Shown here piece by piece: positions 58,828 to 64,000 of a stretch of DNA of 64,000 bases; position 1 is the first letter of the stretch, and each line of letters opens with the position of its first letter. Under the pieces are notes generated by a model, which searched no databases, was not told the origin of the DNA, and saw only the letters and a list, made by a program, of their open reading frames with translations. Where the stretch lies: the NCBI RefSeq assembly GCF_009914755.1, contig NC_060935.1. One strand, 5' to 3'. This DNA comes from the human T2T-CHM13v2.0 reference genome, Homo sapiens. Both the position numbers and the translations under genes were made by a program.

Positions 58828-60218
58828 CAGTCTCTTCAATAGATGGAGCTGGGAAAACTGGATAACCCATATGTAAAAGAATGAAACTGGACTCTTATTT
58901 TATACCACATACAAAATCAACTCAAAATAGATTAAAGATTTAAACATAAACTTGAAACTATAAAACTCCTAGAAGAAAACATAGAGGAAAAACTATACAA
59001 CACTTGTCTGGGCAATGATTTTTTAGATTTCATTCCAAAAATGCAGGCAGCAAAAGCAAAAATAGACAAATGGGATTACATTAAAATTAAAAAAAACTTC
59101 TGCACAACAAATGAAACAATTAACAGAGTGAAGACAATCTACAAATTGGGAAAAAATATTTACAAGCCATACATCTGATAAGGGATTAACGTCCAAAATA
59201 TATAAAGAAGTCAAACAACTTTATAAAAGAAAAACAAATAATTTGATTAAGAAATAGACAAAAGGCCTGAATACACATTTCTCAAAAGAAGGCGTATAAG
59301 TGGCTAAGAAATACATTTAAAAAGCTTGAAATCATTAATCACAAGGGAGATGCAAATCAAAATCATATGGAGATATCATTGCACACCTGTTTAGAATAGC
59401 TAGTATAAAAAGGACCAAAGATAACCAGTGTTGGCAAGGATGTGGAGAAAAGGGAATTTTTGTATACTGTTAGTGGGTATGTAAGTTAGTATAGCCATTA
59501 TGAAAAACTGTATGCAGGTTCCTGAAAAACCTAAAAATATAATTAACATATAATCCAGCAATTCCATTTCTGGGAATTTACCTGAACGATTTAAAATCAG
59601 TATGTCAAAGAGATGTCTGCATGCCTATGTTCACTGCAGCACTATTCACAATAGCCAAGTTATGGAATATCAAGCTAAGTGTCCATCAATGGATGAATGG
59701 ATAAAGAAAATGTGGCATATGTACACAAAAGAATACTATTCAGCCTTAATAAAGGAAGAAAGATGTCATTTGCAATAACATGGATGGAATTGGAGAACAT
59801 CATGCTAAGTCAAATAAGCCAAACACAGAAAGACAAATACCACATTTTCACTTATATGTGGAATTTAAAACAACTCAACTCACAGAAGGAGAGAGTAGAA
59901 TGGTGGTTACCAGAGTCTAGGGTATGGGGAAATGGAGAGATGGCAATCAATGGCTACAAAGCCACAGTTAGATAAGAAAAATAAGTGTTTTTTTTAGACA
60001 TATTGTATAGCATGGTGAATATAGCTAGTAATTGAGTACTGCACATTTCAATATCACTAAGAGAGTAAATCACGAATGTTTTTGTCACAAAAATGTCAAA
60101 TATTTGACATGATGAATAGGTTAGTTTAATCACTCCACATCATTTTCAAAAATCATCATATCATCATGTACCCCATAAATATATACAACTATAATTTGTC
60201 AATACATAACATTAAAAA
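58828..60218 (+). mobile_element. L1MA-type 3' portion nested in the preceding L1
   Basis: cagtctcttcaatagatggagctgggaaaactgg...gtaccccataaatatatacaactataatttgtcaat. Confidence 0.9.
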
Positions 60219-60536
60219 GTTAGAGATAGTCAAGCTGGATAAAAAGCAAAACTCATATATACCTTGATAAGACTATGTTGCTATATAAATATCAAAGTAG
60301 AGTTTAGAGCAAAAACTATTATCAGGGATAAAGAGGGTCATTTCATAATGGCAAAGTATATGATATGATATGATATATGATGATACGATAGAGAAGACGG
60401 TCATTCTAATTGTTTATGCACCTAGTAACAGAGCTTCAAAATATACGTATCACAAACTGATATAACTACAAGAAGAAATGACAAATTCACAATTGTAAGT
60501 CAGATAATTCAACACCCCTTTCTTAATATCTGACAG
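60219..60536 (+). mobile_element. Continuation (ORF2 endonuclease region) of the 56692 L1
   Basis: attatcagggataaagagggtcatttcataatg, cctagtaacagagcttcaaaata. Confidence 0.75.
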
Positions 60537-60549
60537 TCGTATCGCTTCA

Positions 60550-62523
60550 ATAATTGAAAATAGTATCTCTTCATAGGCTACATAGGGCCATTTTTACATT
60601 TGTTTTTTGAATTGTCTATCCATGTCCTTTTCTCTTTGTTTTGAGATTTTTTTGTCCTTATTTCCCTCAAGTTTTCAGAAATTCCAGAGTTCTTTATATA
60701 TTAGGAATATTAGTCCTTTATTTTTTATATATGGACAAATATTTTCTCTCAATTTGTAAGTTTTGTTTTGGTTTTACTTATGATCTTTTTAACATGCAAA
60801 TACTTTTATTTGTATGTATTCAAATCTAGCATGCTTTTCCTTTATTATCTCTGGATTCTGAGTCATAAGGCCTTTCATTCAAGAGAAATTCACCTATGTT
60901 TTCTTGCAATATATTGCTTTTTTTTTTAACCCTTAGATCTCTGATCATTTTGGAGTTTATTCTTTTCTATAGTATTAAGTATAGATCTAACGTTATCTTT
61001 TTTAAATGGCTACCGCATTTGAATTTAATATATGGCTATACCATATATTAAAAAGTCTATCTATGCCCTAGTGATTTGAAATGCTAACTTCATTATATAC
61101 TAAACTTCCACACATATTTGGGTTTAATTATGGACTTTATTCTCCTTGTCTGTTTATTCATTTGCCATTACTGTACTCCATAGTTTTAATTACAGACTTT
61201 ATAGTTTGCTTTAATGTCTATTAGGACTATTCTCATACCCCCTGCATTTGTAATTTTCTTTTTAAGTATATTCCTCACTATTCTTGCATGTTTGTTTATC
61301 CATATGAACTTTAGTATCAACTTGACTAGCCTCATCATAAAAACTTCGGGGAATGTGTTACATTTATAAATTATAAATTTATAAAAATTTAAAAATTATA
61401 AATTAACTTATAAATAACTAACTTCTTCATGATGTTGAGTTGCCCTATCCACCAAAAGGGGATGTCGTTTTATTTGTTCAGATGTACTACTGTGTCTTTT
61501 AGGATTATTTTAAAGCTTTCCTCATATGAAATTTGTATATTTTCTTTTAAGCTTACTCCTAAATATTTAATCTTCGTTGTTGCTACGGCAAATGGTGTTT
61601 TTTCTACCATTAATTATATCCTCTAATTGGCTGTGCTATTTTCTACAAAAGCTATTAATTGTTGTATATTAATTTTACCACGGAAGAATTTTTCTTTTAT
61701 TATAAAATTTATTTTCTAAGCATTCCTAGGTATGCTATCACATCATCTGCCAATATAGATAATTTTACTTCGTTACAACTTCTTATACCTCTAATTCATT
61801 TATCTTGTATAATTGCATTGGCTAATACCTTCAGAAAAATGTTGAATATAGTGGTGACAGTGGGCAGCTTGGCCTTGTTCCTGATCTTAAGGGAAATTCC
61901 TGTAGCATTTCTTCATATGTAAGTTGTACACTTTAGAACTAGAGTATTTTGTCCTGTTAATAAATAATCAATAATATCTGATAAGGGTTTAATATTAGCA
62001 ATATATAAAGAAATTCTACAACTTGACAACCAAAAGACAACCCAATTTTAAAATGGGCAAAGGACTTGAACAGGCATTTCTCCAAAGAATATCTACAAAT
62101 GGCCAAGATGCACATGAAAAGATGCTCAACATCATTAATCACTTGGGAAATGCAAATCACAACTGCAATGACATACGACTTCACATCTGCTAGAATGACT
62201 ATAATTTTTAAAAAAGAAAATAAAAATGACAAATGTTTGTTAAGGATGTGGAAAAATTGGAATCCTCCTACATTGCGGGGGAGGCGAGGAATAAATTGGT
62301 GTAGTCACTGTGGAAAACAGTTTTGCAATTCCTCAAAAAGCTAAACATGGAATTATTTTATGACCCAGCAATTCCATTCCTAGGTTTATACTCAAAAGAA
62401 TGAAAATATGAATTCAGATACATATATGCCAATGTTGTGCATTGCACCATTATTACCAATAGCCATAATGTAAAAACAAACCAAGTGCCCATCAATAGAT
62501 GAATGAACAAACAAAATGTAATA

Positions 62524-62554
<31 letters not shown>

Positions 62555-64000
62555 CACACACAGGAATATTATTCAGCCATAAGAAGGAGTGTAGTTTTGA
62601 CACATGCTACAGCATAAATGAATCTTGAAAACATGTTATGCTAGTTGATAAAAGTCATACACAAAAGGGCAAATATTATATAATTCTACCTAGTCATATC
62701 TAGAATAAGTAGATTCATAGAGACAGAAAGTACAGTAGAGGTTACCAGGGAGTTTCAGGACTGGGGAATGGGAAGTTATTGTTTGCTGATTACAGAGTTT
62801 CTATTTAGGGTAATGAAAGAGTTTTGGGAATAGTGGTGATAGTTATAAAAACTATGAATGTAATTAAGAGTAATGAATTGTACACTTAAAATGGCTAAAA
62901 CTGTAACTTTTATGTTATATTTATTTTACCACAGTAGAAATCAGAGAAAGAATACATCCATTTATATTTTGAGTATTTTATCAAAAATGTGTTACAAATT
63001 ATTTTGCAGCTTTTTTCAACATTTTGGAGATTATTCCAAGACTTTTTTTCCTTAGATCCATAAATATAATATATTCTATTAAGGAATATCCAAGCTTGCA
63101 CTACTGGAATAATTCCACTTGAACTTTGTATAATCTATTATTAATGTGGTATTTGATTATACTTGCTCATATTTTATTTAGTATTTTTCCATCAATATTT
63201 ATGTGAATTTCTGCAATTTACTTTTATGGTACTGTTTTCTCAGTCTAGGTATAACGTTATAGTTACTTCATAAACATATTTAGAAAGTTTCCTCTATTTT
63301 CAGTGCTCTGGAATGATTTATGGAGCACTGGGACTATCTGGTGTTTGAAGATATGATAGCATTCTCCTGTAAAACTTTCTGGGCCTAGTGCTTTAAGAGT
63401 ATTTCTGTGATAACTTTCTTTATCTCCTCTATGGAAATCAATCTCTTTAGGCTTTCTAACTTTAACAGAGTCAATTTTGGTTATTTTTATTTCTCTAGAA
63501 AATGATCCACATTACATTGGTTTTCAAATTTATTTGCATATAAATGTAAAAAGTGGGATCTTTTGATTTTTATATTTTTCTGTAATTTAATTGTCATTTT
63601 ACTTTTGTCACTCAATATTTTGCGTGTTTATGTTTTTGTTTTCAAGTTACTGATCAATTTAGTTAAAATTTGTATTACATATTAATTATTTTTAAACTAT
63701 ATTTTGATTAAACTGTTTTAAAATTATCACATTAATTTCTGCTTTTTATCTTCATTATTTATTACTTTGCTTTTTTCTTTGGTTCATTGGTGAGTCTTTT
63801 TTATCATTTTCTTAACTTATAATTTAATTCATTTATTTTACTCTGTAATTTTACTGATTAATTATATTAATAAAATAGAATTTTCCTCTGATCACCATTT
63901 AAAATGTATTCCATAAATTTCAAAATGAAGTGTTTTCTTCATAATTATTTTTTAGTTCTGTAACATTCAGATTATATTTCCCCTTTTATTTAACAGTTTT
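60550..64000 (-). mobile_element. Old L1M reverse ORF2 remnant, interrupted by an L1MB at 61965-62935
   Basis: tccatatgaactttagtatcaacttg, cttggccttgttcctgatcttaaggg, ctgtaaaactttctgggcctagtgc. Confidence 0.8.
61965..62935 (+). mobile_element. L1MB-type 3' end, with (CA)n at ~62524-62562
   Basis: tatctgataagggtttaatat...tatgacccagcaattccattcctagg...aattgtacacttaaaatggctaaa. Confidence 0.9.

Overview
AT-rich primate genomic DNA (human or a close relative: AluJ/S/Y, THE1) lying inside the SOX6 gene, which is transcribed on the - strand. The only coding sequence I can support is one 90-bp internal exon (26441-26530, AG/GT flanked, phase 1-1) encoding [30 protein letters not shown](G). The rest is intronic. 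The left half mixes old transposon fossils (Charlie1, MER3, MIR, L2, L1M, LTR33-like, Alu) with repeat-poor islands carrying enhancer-like motif clusters. The right half (35-64 kb) is a nested stack of L1s, a THE1 MaLR and Alus. None of the supplied ORFs is a credible gene, and I see no wholly new biological system. The best leads are a possible internal SOX6 promoter/first exon at ~31.2 kb, an antisense AluSc with poison-exon splice signals just downstream of the exon, a templated-insertion repair scar replacing the THE1 5' LTR, and a double-palindrome/CArG element at ~18.2 kb. Repeat subfamily calls come from recalled consensus sequences. Boundaries are approximate unless a TSD is given.
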